Shown here one piece after another: positions 1 to 8,645 of a DNA stretch of 59,355 bases. Where the stretch lies: NCBI GenBank assembly GCA_049968235.1, contig JBMFRC010000020.1, positions 1 through 59,355 of the forward strand, given 5' to 3'. Under the pieces are notes generated by a model that ran no database searches, was not told where the DNA came from, and was given only the letters and a program-made list of their open reading frames with translations. Position 1 is the stretch's first letter. Every line of letters begins with the position of its first letter. This DNA is from Candidatus Hydrogenedens sp. (GTDB lineage: Bacteria; Hydrogenedentota; Hydrogenedentia; Hydrogenedentales; Hydrogenedentaceae). Position numbers and translations under genes: made by a program.

Positions 1-235
1 CAGTCCACAGGATTGGAAAATAGGTTTGTCTGAATTATTGCGGTTAATACAATTCTTCAATACAGGTGGTTATCACAATTGCCCGAACGGCGAAGATGGC
101 TACTGTTCCGGTCAGTGATGTATATGTAATTCCTTTTTTTGTATATATATTCTGGCAAAACTTTTTAACCACTGTTTGTTCAGACACAAAATGAATAGAT
201 GGACACAGGGAAAAATCTGTTCTATATTAATGTAT

Positions 236-649
236 TTAATTGGTTAAGTGGTCCACAGATGATTGTTCATTTGTTGCGGGAGGAGGAGAGGTCCTTTGTC
301 TACGGAATCGTTGTCCGCGTTGGCGTGGAGGAGGTTCAGGTTCGTCATTATAGCGAACACGGAATATGCGTGTGCCAAACCCTTCCACACGAAATCCTTC
401 GGCTTTCCCAATAATGTTCCCTTTATCATCTAACAGGTCCGCTTCAAATCGCAGGTCTTTATCTTTTTGATTTTCTTCGCGAGGTAAGAAACGAATTTTG
501 CCTATTTTAGCATTTCTTTCTTTAACTCTCGAATGTAGTTCTAATGCCTCTTTAACCTTCTTATATTCTTCCGAGGGACCACATCCATTTATAGTTAAAA
601 AAAGAGGTAATAGTAAAAAAGGGATAACAAATATTGAGATTTTATTCAT
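236..649 (-). CDS. hypothetical lipoprotein (signal peptide plus Cys lipobox-like LTINGC)
   Basis: Hydrophobic N-terminus [23 protein letters not shown]. Overlaps the upstream gene by 4 nt, suggesting an operon with the DUF1559 protein. Confidence 0.4.
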   Translation of the reverse strand: MNKISIFVIPFLLLPLFLTINGCGPSEEYKKVKEALELHSRVKERNAKIGKIRFLPREENQKDKDLRFEADLLDDKGNIIGKAEGFRVEGFGTRIFRVRYNDEPEPPPRQRGQRFRRQRTSPPPATNEQSSVDHLTN

Positions 650-1632
650 AGAATTGCGTCCTTTTTATCATCATGTCTACCACGGTCAACTAAAGTTCCC
701 AGGAATAAGGCTAATCCACGCGAGACCGGTGCTTTTTCCGGATAGCGTAGAAATTCCACATGCCCATCCATATATAACACATTACATCCACCGGGTACAT
801 GATTAAAATATTTTACCATGCTGGATAATGTATCGTACATAACGAAAATTTCGCTTTGTGCCTGATTGCTTGCGGATGGATTATTAATATCAGTAATGAG
901 GAATCGTTCAATACCTTCTCTCAAACGGTAAATAGTATTGGTATTCCCATTCCCAAGTGGTTCATTGCTCATTATATTAATGACAGGGCAATCACTATCG
1001 GCTAATTCGAAACTTTTCGCAAGGAAATATGCTTCACCGCTTCCACCATGTAAATATCCAATGGCTTTTGTGAAAAGTCCAATAAACAGGGCAACAAACT
1101 GTTGAGGTCCTGTAGCGTCAGGATTATCAAGGACAAAATCGTGAGGAATATGCGGTAGTAACGACATAATATCCGCAATACCAATTTGTGGGTCTGTGTC
1201 TTCGCACTTATCTAAGACCCAACCTGTATATACATAACTTAAATCGATAGCATCACGCTTTTCTGCTAAGTTAAATTTCCCTGTTGTGGGGTCAATAAGA
1301 CTTTGCATGGTATTTTCCGGGTCTGAAGGGCACAAAATAATAGCAGGGTCTGTCAGATATTCAGGATAAATTGTGTTGACCATAGGTCCTAAAGCAATGA
1401 TTGCACGGCGATGTGAATATGCTTCAAATTGCATGGGCGGAAATTTTCCTCCATGGGCTTCATTGGCATACATTTTGTAGATGAGACCCCATTGTTTAAG
1501 GTTGTTCTGGCAACTGGAACGACGTGCTGCTTCACGAGCACGGGCAAGAGCAGGCAAAAGAATTGCCGCAAGTATTGCGATAATCGCAATTACAACAAGC
1601 AGTTCAATCAGAGTGAAACCTGTTTTTTGCAT
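646..1632 (-). CDS. DUF1559 protein with prepilin-type N-terminal cleavage/methylation domain
   Basis: The N-terminus [25 protein letters not shown] is a classic type IV pilin-like leader/TM. The following ~300 aa fit the DUF1559 architecture that is abundant in the PVC superphylum. Confidence 0.8.
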   Translation of the reverse strand: MQKTGFTLIELLVVIAIIAILAAILLPALARAREAARRSSCQNNLKQWGLIYKMYANEAHGGKFPPMQFEAYSHRRAIIALGPMVNTIYPEYLTDPAIILCPSDPENTMQSLIDPTTGKFNLAEKRDAIDLSYVYTGWVLDKCEDTDPQIGIADIMSLLPHIPHDFVLDNPDATGPQQFVALFIGLFTKAIGYLHGGSGEAYFLAKSFELADSDCPVINIMSNEPLGNGNTNTIYRLREGIERFLITDINNPSASNQAQSEIFVMYDTLSSMVKYFNHVPGGCNVLYMDGHVEFLRYPEKAPVSRGLALFLGTLVDRGRHDDKKDAIL

Positions 1633-1752
1633 TGTATTTTCCTTTGCAAGAAATTAGCATAATTCTACTATTTCGACATCCGTTGTTTTAGGCTGGTTTC
1701 ATTAAAATAAGGTAACTTTTATAAACTTAGAGAGGTGGGAAAAATATTTGAA

Positions 1753-2781
1753 TTAGATAGTAGAAGAGTCGTTTGTTGTTTGGTTATCATAGATAGTAGA
1801 AGAATTCTCTTCATTAAATAAAGTTCCCTCTGTATTTATAAATTTATTTTTAGAAGCGTTATCATTAGAAGTGTTCTCGTTGAAATTATTAGAGTTAATT
1901 CTTATTTCATTATCTTTAACAACTTCTGAATTTATATTATTTCCATTTGGAGTGATATATTGGAAAAAATCCATGTTGGCATTAGTTTCTCCAAGAATAC
2001 TTACAAAATAATTTTCGATTTTCTTTATATCATTGATAACACCATTTTCAATCGCTGGTTTTATCAAATCTATTCCCTGTGGAGAATAAGGGAATATCAA
2101 AACCCTTACAATATCCCCCTTATAGTCAAAAATTACCTGGATTATTTTGCCCCCTTCTAATTCATTTTCCATATATCCAATAAGTTGATAATCGTTATTT
2201 GTCTCTAAAAAATCTTTTATATTTATTGAAATATTATCTACTTTTGAATTAATCATGTCCTGTATAGATTTAGAATCGGAATTTGATAAATTTTTTTCAA
2301 AGGATGAAAAGATAATATCTTCAAATTTATTTGTATTTGGTTTTTGTACTGCTTCTATAGTTTTACTTTTTTGTAAAACTTGAGAGGATTTATTTGTGGA
2401 GGTATGAATATAAGAAGAGATATATATAACAGATAATATAGAAATAACGAAAACTATTCCAGCACATAATGGAAGGAATAATTTTATAATTTTATTATTA
2501 GTTAGTAAATACCTTTTCTTATTCTTTTTATCATTAGGATTATCTTGTTGAATTTGGTTGATTACCTTTTCTATAAGTTTGTCTGGACAGGTTTCTTCAT
2601 TTTTTAATATGTTTGTTATAAGTATTTCAATTTTAGTTTCTTTTACGATAGATTCTTTATTATCCTCTATAAATTTTATACCTTTATTTTCTTTTACTAT
2701 TTCAAAACCTTCTTTATCAATAGATAGCCAGAACATCTCATTATTATCTTTGAATGGATTTTCAGAATCAGAATACTGCAT
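1753..2781 (-). CDS. putative membrane-anchored anti-sigma factor (Asn-rich extracytoplasmic domain)
   Basis: Overlaps the 3' end of the ECF sigma gene by 14 nt. Single TM helix (LFLPLCAGIVFVISILSVIYI). Low-complexity N-rich C-terminal region. Assignment is by synteny only. Confidence 0.4.
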   Translation of the reverse strand: MQYSDSENPFKDNNEMFWLSIDKEGFEIVKENKGIKFIEDNKESIVKETKIEILITNILKNEETCPDKLIEKVINQIQQDNPNDKKNKKRYLLTNNKIIKLFLPLCAGIVFVISILSVIYISSYIHTSTNKSSQVLQKSKTIEAVQKPNTNKFEDIIFSSFEKNLSNSDSKSIQDMINSKVDNISINIKDFLETNNDYQLIGYMENELEGGKIIQVIFDYKGDIVRVLIFPYSPQGIDLIKPAIENGVINDIKKIENYFVSILGETNANMDFFQYITPNGNNINSEVVKDNEIRINSNNFNENTSNDNASKNKFINTEGTLFNEENSSTIYDNQTTNDSSTI

Positions 2782-3391
2782 TTATTTTACTCCTTTGAAA
2801 AAACATAATATTTTTTTTTGGGAATGCGTTATTAATTTTAGGACTATTGTAAGGTTCATTTGTAGCCTTTTCATTGATTTGTTGTAAAAGGTTTTTTCTT
2901 AAATTTGCTCGTCCTCTGGCAAGATAGGTCATTACACTGGCATAAGGAATAGAAAGAACTTCTGAAATTTCTGTGTATGAAAAATTTTCAACATCTTTTA
3001 AATATATACACAATCTTTGTAATACAGGCAATTTAATAAATGCTTTGTATGTTTCATCAGAACATGATTCTAAAAATTTCTCGAAATCAATCTGAACATT
3101 TCCGGTCTTCCAGACCTGTTCATGAGAGGGAATTTCTTCATATTTATCTAAAGGTTCAGAGTGGTTCCATTTTTCTCTGTTTTCAATAAAAGATTTATTT
3201 ATTAGTATCTTATAAATCCATGCCCGAAAATTAGTTCCTTCCTGAAATTCATTTCTTTTTTCAAATGCAGTTATTATAGTTTCGGAAAATACATCATCAA
3301 TAGATGATGGATTTTTTAAATTTCTTTTTAAAAACCTATAAAGTTCATTTTTATATTTCACAATACATGAGATAAATTCGGTTTCGTTCAT
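2768..3391 (-). CDS. RNA polymerase ECF-type sigma-70 factor
   Basis: Region 2 (FRAWIYKILIN) and region 4 (FSYTEISEVLSIPYASVMTYLARGRANLRK) motifs are present. Confidence 0.8.
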   Translation of the reverse strand: MNETEFISCIVKYKNELYRFLKRNLKNPSSIDDVFSETIITAFEKRNEFQEGTNFRAWIYKILINKSFIENREKWNHSEPLDKYEEIPSHEQVWKTGNVQIDFEKFLESCSDETYKAFIKLPVLQRLCIYLKDVENFSYTEISEVLSIPYASVMTYLARGRANLRKNLLQQINEKATNEPYNSPKINNAFPKKNIMFFQRSKINAVF

Positions 3392-3403
3392 AAAATAAAC
3401 TCT

Positions 3404-3446
3404 TACAAAAACTTTAAGTAGGACGTATATTTAATACGCCCTACTT
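3404..3446 (-). terminator. putative intrinsic terminator downstream of the 3469..3816 gene
   Basis: Imperfect 12-bp stem (AAGTAGG/CGTAT ... ATACG/CCTACTT), 5-nt loop, at 3416..3446. It is followed on the minus strand by AAAGTTTTTGT. Confidence 0.35.
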
Positions 3447-3468
3447 ATTGATAATGTATACTTTTAGA

Positions 3469-3816
3469 TTACTTTTTTGCAGGGGTAGTGGCAGAGCTTA
3501 CTGCCTTTTCGTGTACCGAAGTTACATCAATTTCTGCATTATTTTTTACTGTCCCTGAAGCGGTAACCTCTTTGCCGTCTAATTTAACGACATCACCGGC
3601 TTTCGCTCCTATCACTTTAAGTGATTTGCCATTCAAGTCAGCAATTGCTTTTCCAGTGGCATCTTTGGCTTCACTTACGGCAATAGAAGCGACATTATTT
3701 TGTACGGAGACTTTGCCAGTTACAGTGGCTTTTACATCTGCTGCAAAACTGCTCAAAGAGATGAAAAGAACTACTGCTAAGGCAATACCTAATATTTGAT
3801 ACTTCTTCATATACAA
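3469..3816 (-). CDS. small secreted protein of unknown function
   Basis: Signal peptide LGIALAVVLFISLSSFAADV. Ala/Lys/Val-rich mature part. Confidence 0.4.
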   Translation of the reverse strand: MYMKKYQILGIALAVVLFISLSSFAADVKATVTGKVSVQNNVASIAVSEAKDATGKAIADLNGKSLKVIGAKAGDVVKLDGKEVTASGTVKNNAEIDVTSVHEKAVSSATTPAKK

Positions 3817-4063
3817 ACTCCTTCTTTTTGGGGTTTATTTTTGTATTATTATGAGTGGCCACCCAATGAACCCCTCACATTGGGGTTCATACTATATATT
3901 CATTTCAGTCCATAAAATTATGTCAAAAAGAAAAAATTTTTTAAGAAAAATACTACAAGGATTATGCGGTGGGACAGATTTGCTTTAAGAATGGCTCAAT
4001 ACTTATAAGAATTTAGTCTTGAAAAATTTTTATAGATAGTAAAGAATTAAAAAAGCGTATTAT

Positions 4064-5110
4064 TTATTTTACAAACTTTTCTTTTAATTTTAATGATATA
4101 TTTACCAGACTAATTAAAATAGGAACTTCCAGCAGTGGTCCAATTACGGTGGCTAAGGCTTGTTCGGAATGCACTCCAAAAATAGCAACTGCTACCGCTA
4201 TTGCTAATTCAAAGTCATTACTTGCGGCAGTGAACGCTACAGTGGCTGTTTTGGAATATTCCACCCCCATTTTTTTAGATATAAAGAAAGTAACAAACCA
4301 CATAACAAAGAAATATATCACCAGTGGAATGGATATTCGTATCACATCTAACGGTAGTTTAATGATATATTCACCTTTTAATGAAAACATAACTACAATC
4401 GTGAATAATAATGCTACCAATGTAATTGGATTTATTTTTGGAATAAACGAATTTTCATACCATTCTTTCCCTTTGAGACGAATCAGTCCAAAACGGGTAA
4501 ATATTCCGGCAAGGAAAGGTATGCCAAGATATATAAACACCGTCTTAGCGGAATCAATTATGGAAATGTTTATATTCAAACCGCTTGCCAACCCCAATAA
4601 ATTCAAGAAAATGGTTATGAAAATATAGATATACACGGCATAAAAAAGCACCTGAAATACAGCGTTAAAGGCAACCAGACCTACGGCTAATTCTCGGTCT
4701 CCTTCTGCTAATTCATTCCAGACAATAACCATTGCTATACATCTTGCTAATCCAACGAGAATGACCCCTATCATATACCCGGGATAATTTCGTAGAAAGA
4801 TTATTGCCAGAAGAAACATTACCACAGGACCTATAATCCAGTTCATAATTAATGATAAGGTTAATAGCCGTTTGTTTTTGAAAACCCTACCCATTTCCTC
4901 ATATTTAACCCGTGCAAGTGGCGGATACATCATAAGAATCAGTCCGATGGCAATAGGAATAGATGTAGTCCCTACTTGCATCTTTGTAATAATCTGGGTA
5001 ATGAATGGAAGGAAGAAACCTATACCGATACCTACAAAAATAGCAATGAAAATCCATAAAGTTAGAAACCGTTCTAAAAACGATAATCTTTTTACGGTTG
5101 AGTTGTTCAT
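4064..5110 (-). CDS. acr3: arsenite efflux transporter, ACR3 family
   Basis: N-terminus [24 protein letters not shown] matches the ACR3 family signature. About 10 TM helices. Lies in an ars context. Confidence 0.85.
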   Translation of the reverse strand: MNNSTVKRLSFLERFLTLWIFIAIFVGIGIGFFLPFITQIITKMQVGTTSIPIAIGLILMMYPPLARVKYEEMGRVFKNKRLLTLSLIMNWIIGPVVMFLLAIIFLRNYPGYMIGVILVGLARCIAMVIVWNELAEGDRELAVGLVAFNAVFQVLFYAVYIYIFITIFLNLLGLASGLNINISIIDSAKTVFIYLGIPFLAGIFTRFGLIRLKGKEWYENSFIPKINPITLVALLFTIVVMFSLKGEYIIKLPLDVIRISIPLVIYFFVMWFVTFFISKKMGVEYSKTATVAFTAASNDFELAIAVAVAIFGVHSEQALATVIGPLLEVPILISLVNISLKLKEKFVK

Positions 5111-5134
5111 AAAAAAACTCCTTATTTTTAATAG

Positions 5135-6433
5135 TTAAACGATAACTCCGAATAGAATGCCAGTGATAGTTGCCATAATAACAACAAGGGAAACATAGGT
5201 AAATGTTTTTTTCAATCCTAAAATGTTGTATAGAACTATCATGCTGGGAAGAGATAATGCAGGACCTGCCAGTAAGAGAGCCAATGCAGGTCCTTTGCCC
5301 ATACCCGAACCAATTAAGCCCTGCAGTATAGGAACCTCCGTAAGCGTGGCAAAATACATAAACGCACCGACTATAGAAGCGAGGAAATTAGAACGGAAAG
5401 AATTCCCGCCAACCGCAGTATAAACCCATGAATTGGGAATTACTCCTTCATTACCCGGTCTACCTAATAAAAACCCGGCTACAAATACGCCCATAAGTAA
5501 TAATGGAAGGATTTGTTTTGCAAATGTCCATGTAGAAGAAAACCATTCCTTTGTTTCATCCGTTCCTGTCAGTGTGATAATTGAAAGGCCGATAAAACCA
5601 ACAGAAAACGCTACTACAGGTTCATGCGGGAAAAGAATTGCACTGATAATACATGCTATAGCGGTAACAATAATTTTCCACCATTGAATTTCAAACCATA
5701 ATGCAAGAATAATCCCTAAAATAACTCCCGAAATAGAAGTAAATACCCATTTATATTGAAACGTAAGATACCAGAACCCCGCATTATTTTCAGTTTTTCC
5801 CCAATTTGCAAACACAAGTATTGCTATCATAGATGCAAAGAAAACGGCAGTTTTCCATAAGGGTCGTGTGGGTTCTGAAACAGGCATATTGGCATGTCTT
5901 TGTGTTCGCTGTGTCTCTTCTTTGCGGAAAATAAAGAACATTAACAATCCAATAATAACACTAAATATAACTGCACCGATAGCACGAGCAAGACCTAACT
6001 CCAGACCTAATATACGTGCAGTAAGGATGATAGCTAACACATTAATAGCCGGACCCGAGTAGAGAAAAGCAGTGGCAGGTCCTAATCCAGCACCCATTTT
6101 GTATATACCACTAAAAAGAGGTAGTACCGTGCAGGAACAGACAGCCAGAATAGTTCCCGATACCGATGCTACTCCATAGGCGATAAATTTATTGGCATCG
6201 GCTCCGAGATATTTCATAACGGAGTTCTGACTGATAAATACCCCGATAGCACCCGCAATGAAAAAGGCGGGAACAAGGCATAGTAATACATGTTCCCGTG
6301 CATACCATTTAACCAGATAAAGTGCTTCCATTACTGCATTATCAAAACGGGGTGTGCCAACAGGTAAAAAATAGCAGACAAAAAATGCCAGAATGATTAA
6401 AAATAAAAATTTTCCTTCTTTTTTTATGTCCAT
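5135..6433 (-). CDS. COG0701-type permease with CSC motif (ArsP-like organoarsenical permease candidate)
   Basis: Polytopic membrane protein with the conserved VCSCTVLP motif typical of the DUF318/COG0701 permeases found in ars operons. Confidence 0.65.
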   Translation of the reverse strand: MDIKKEGKFLFLIILAFFVCYFLPVGTPRFDNAVMEALYLVKWYAREHVLLCLVPAFFIAGAIGVFISQNSVMKYLGADANKFIAYGVASVSGTILAVCSCTVLPLFSGIYKMGAGLGPATAFLYSGPAINVLAIILTARILGLELGLARAIGAVIFSVIIGLLMFFIFRKEETQRTQRHANMPVSEPTRPLWKTAVFFASMIAILVFANWGKTENNAGFWYLTFQYKWVFTSISGVILGIILALWFEIQWWKIIVTAIACIISAILFPHEPVVAFSVGFIGLSIITLTGTDETKEWFSSTWTFAKQILPLLLMGVFVAGFLLGRPGNEGVIPNSWVYTAVGGNSFRSNFLASIVGAFMYFATLTEVPILQGLIGSGMGKGPALALLLAGPALSLPSMIVLYNILGLKKTFTYVSLVVIMATITGILFGVIV

Positions 6434-6466
6434 ATATAAATTCCTTATGTGTGTGAAGGTTTATTA

Positions 6467-6802
6467 TTATTGTTCTGTTGATAAATTTAATATCTCGAAC
6501 TGCATTTTTGCTTTTTCAATGATTATGTTTTCAATGCACGATAAAAACATAGGGAGACATTTTAACCTTAACCGATAGTATACCCGTAAACCTTCTTTTC
6601 GGTCTTCGATAATTCCTGCCTGTTTTAATATAGATAGATGTTTTGAAATCGTAGATATATCATCTTTAATCAATTCTTGTAGTTCACAGACGCATTTCTC
6701 ATTTTGGGCTAATTCATTGACCATGAAAAGTCGTGTAGGATGAGATAGAGCCTTTAGTACCTGGGCATGTAATTCATATTTGTCTTTTAGTTTTTTGTTC
6801 AT
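6467..6802 (-). CDS. arsR: ArsR/SmtB family metalloregulatory repressor
   Basis: HTH region HPTRLFMVNELAQ and metal-binding CVCEL motif. First gene of the arsR-permease-acr3 operon. Confidence 0.8.
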   Translation of the reverse strand: MNKKLKDKYELHAQVLKALSHPTRLFMVNELAQNEKCVCELQELIKDDISTISKHLSILKQAGIIEDRKEGLRVYYRLRLKCLPMFLSCIENIIIEKAKMQFEILNLSTEQ

Positions 6803-6825
6803 AATGATATCCTTATAATAAACTG

Positions 6826-6857
6826 TTGGCTATTTGATATAATAGCAAAATAGCCAA
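6826..6857. promoter_or_regulatory. putative ArsR operator: 10-bp perfect inverted repeat with TATAAT in the spacer
   Basis: TTGGCTATTT-12 bp-AAATAGCCAA at 6826..6857. The 12-bp spacer GATATAATAGCA contains TATAAT. The site sits between divergent arsR and thioredoxin-like genes. Confidence 0.45.
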
Positions 6858-6999
6858 ATAAAATTCAAACTGAATATTTTATAAAAATATTACTCTTATC
6901 TCTCTAAGATAACAGAAACATATTATACCCAAATATCTATTTGAAAATATATTTGGTAATTTGGTAAAATAAGAATACTAACAACCCATACAGAAGGAG

Positions 7000-7242
7000 A
7001 TGTATATGAAAAAAATTAAAGTATTAGGTCCCGGTTGTATGAAATGTGTTCAATTATACAACAATGCAAAAACCGCAGTAGATGAACTTAAAATTGAATA
7101 TGAGATTGAAAAAGTTTCCGATATTCAGAAAATTATGGACTACGGTGTTATGATGACACCTGCATTGGTTGTAGATGGTGAAGTAAAAACAGTAGGAAAA
7201 GTCCCTTCTGTTGATGAAATAAAGAAAATATTAGCATCGTAA
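7000..7242 (+). CDS. thioredoxin-family small redox-active disulfide protein (GCMKC motif)
   Basis: The 80-aa protein with a CxxC active site (PGCMKC) resembles the 'redox-active disulfide protein 2' family often encoded beside COG0701 permeases in ars loci. Confidence 0.7.
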   Translation: MYMKKIKVLGPGCMKCVQLYNNAKTAVDELKIEYEIEKVSDIQKIMDYGVMMTPALVVDGEVKTVGKVPSVDEIKKILAS

Positions 7243-7279
7243 TCCTACGATATTACTTTATAATTTAGAGGAAGAAGAT

Positions 7280-7798
7280 ATGAAAAATATTATCTCTGCT
7301 TTACTAATTCTTTTTGTTTGTGTTTCATTAGGTTATCTTGTATATTCAGAGGTCAGAAATAATCGTGTTACTATTTCTGAAGTAAAAGACCAGATTAAGG
7401 AAAGTGTTTCGCAGGAAAACAAAACTTCTCCACAAAATACTATTAATAAATCAGAAGTCAACGAAAAGGTTATTGTATATTATTTTCATGGAACTGCTCG
7501 TTGTCCTACATGCCGAGCAATTGAAAACTATGCGAAAGAAGCAGTTGAAAATGCCTTCAAAACTGAATTAGAAACAGGGAAGTTGGAATTCCTAAGTGTA
7601 AATGTAGAGGAACCGCAAAATGAGCATTTTATACAGGACTTTCAATTATCTACACGCTGTGTAGTTGTAGAATGGAATGTAAATGGAAAAGTTCAGGACT
7701 GGAAACGGTTAGAGAAGGTCTGGGACCTAATTCATGGAGATAAAAATAGATATTACGACTATATACAGGAAAATGTCCGTCAATACTTGAAGGGATAA
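7280..7798 (+). CDS. membrane-anchored thioredoxin-fold protein (CPTC motif)
   Basis: N-terminal TM segment and a FHGTARCPTC CxxC motif. Likely periplasmic thiol-disulfide oxidoreductase partner of the adjacent CcdA-like protein. Confidence 0.5.
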   Translation: MKNIISALLILFVCVSLGYLVYSEVRNNRVTISEVKDQIKESVSQENKTSPQNTINKSEVNEKVIVYYFHGTARCPTCRAIENYAKEAVENAFKTELETGKLEFLSVNVEEPQNEHFIQDFQLSTRCVVVEWNVNGKVQDWKRLEKVWDLIHGDKNRYYDYIQENVRQYLKG

Positions 7799-7805
7799 AT
7801 ACGGA

Positions 7806-8498
7806 ATGCAATTTTTATTGGCTCTCTCATCTGCGATATATCTGGGTTTCTTAACATCTATCAGTCCCTGTCCTCTTGCAACAAATATTGTTGCTATTTC
7901 TTATATATCTAAAAAAATAACGCATCCTGGTTTTGTTCTATTGAATGGGCTTATTTATTCCTTAGGTAGAACACTTGCTTATATAATACTCAGTTTCATA
8001 CTTGTGAAAAGTTTGTTAGATATGCCGTTTCTTTCAAATTTTTTACAAAAATATATGAATAAAATTGTGGGACCTCTTCTTATTATCGTGGGTATGTTTC
8101 TTCTCGACCTTATTAAAATTAATCTCAATGTATCTTTTAAGATGGAAAAGTTTAATATGAAAATTGAAGAGTGGGGATTGGTAGGGGCTTTTCTACTTGG
8201 ATTGCTTTTTGCCTTATCCTTTTGTCCAACATCCGCTGCATTATTTTTTGGTGGATTAATACCATTGGCTACAAAAACAGGTTCTGATCTTACAGTTCCA
8301 TTTTTATATGGAATTAGTACGGGTATTCCCGTTATTATTCTTGCTTTCCTCATTTCATTTGGAACATCGAAAGTTAGTAAAGCATATAATTTTTTATCAT
8401 CTGCCGAACTCTGGGCACGAAGGATTACAGGTATAATTTTTATCCTTGTAGGGATTTATTTAACTCTCATTAATATATTCAAGATAAGCCTTTCCTGA
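7806..8498 (+). CDS. CcdA/DsbD-family transmembrane electron-transfer protein
   Basis: Six TM helices with two conserved Cys: SPCPL near the N-terminus and SFCPTS in the middle, as in the CcdA/DsbD beta domain. Confidence 0.7.
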   Translation: MQFLLALSSAIYLGFLTSISPCPLATNIVAISYISKKITHPGFVLLNGLIYSLGRTLAYIILSFILVKSLLDMPFLSNFLQKYMNKIVGPLLIIVGMFLLDLIKINLNVSFKMEKFNMKIEEWGLVGAFLLGLLFALSFCPTSAALFFGGLIPLATKTGSDLTVPFLYGISTGIPVIILAFLISFGTSKVSKAYNFLSSAELWARRITGIIFILVGIYLTLINIFKISLS

Positions 8499-8645
8499 AG
8501 ATAGTGCTGGCATTGCTATTTGTAGGAGTAATTGTTATCCCTGTAGGTTATACGAAAGATTGAATATTTGTTAATCAGGCAAATGCAAAAATGGGAATGA
8601 AGTGTAATATTGGGTAAACATATTTACATAAAAGTGTAACGGATA

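Noticed and set aside
199-806. Plus-strand ORFs 199..414 and 498..806 at the window start.
   Set aside because: They overlap the minus-strand lipoprotein and DUF1559 genes. They have no motifs and are likely spurious.
4149-6062. Antisense ORFs within acr3 and the COG0701 permease (4149..4628, 4872..5138, 5223..5423, 5433..5687, 5868..6062).
   Set aside because: Same reasoning: they are the opposite strand of well-supported membrane transporter genes.
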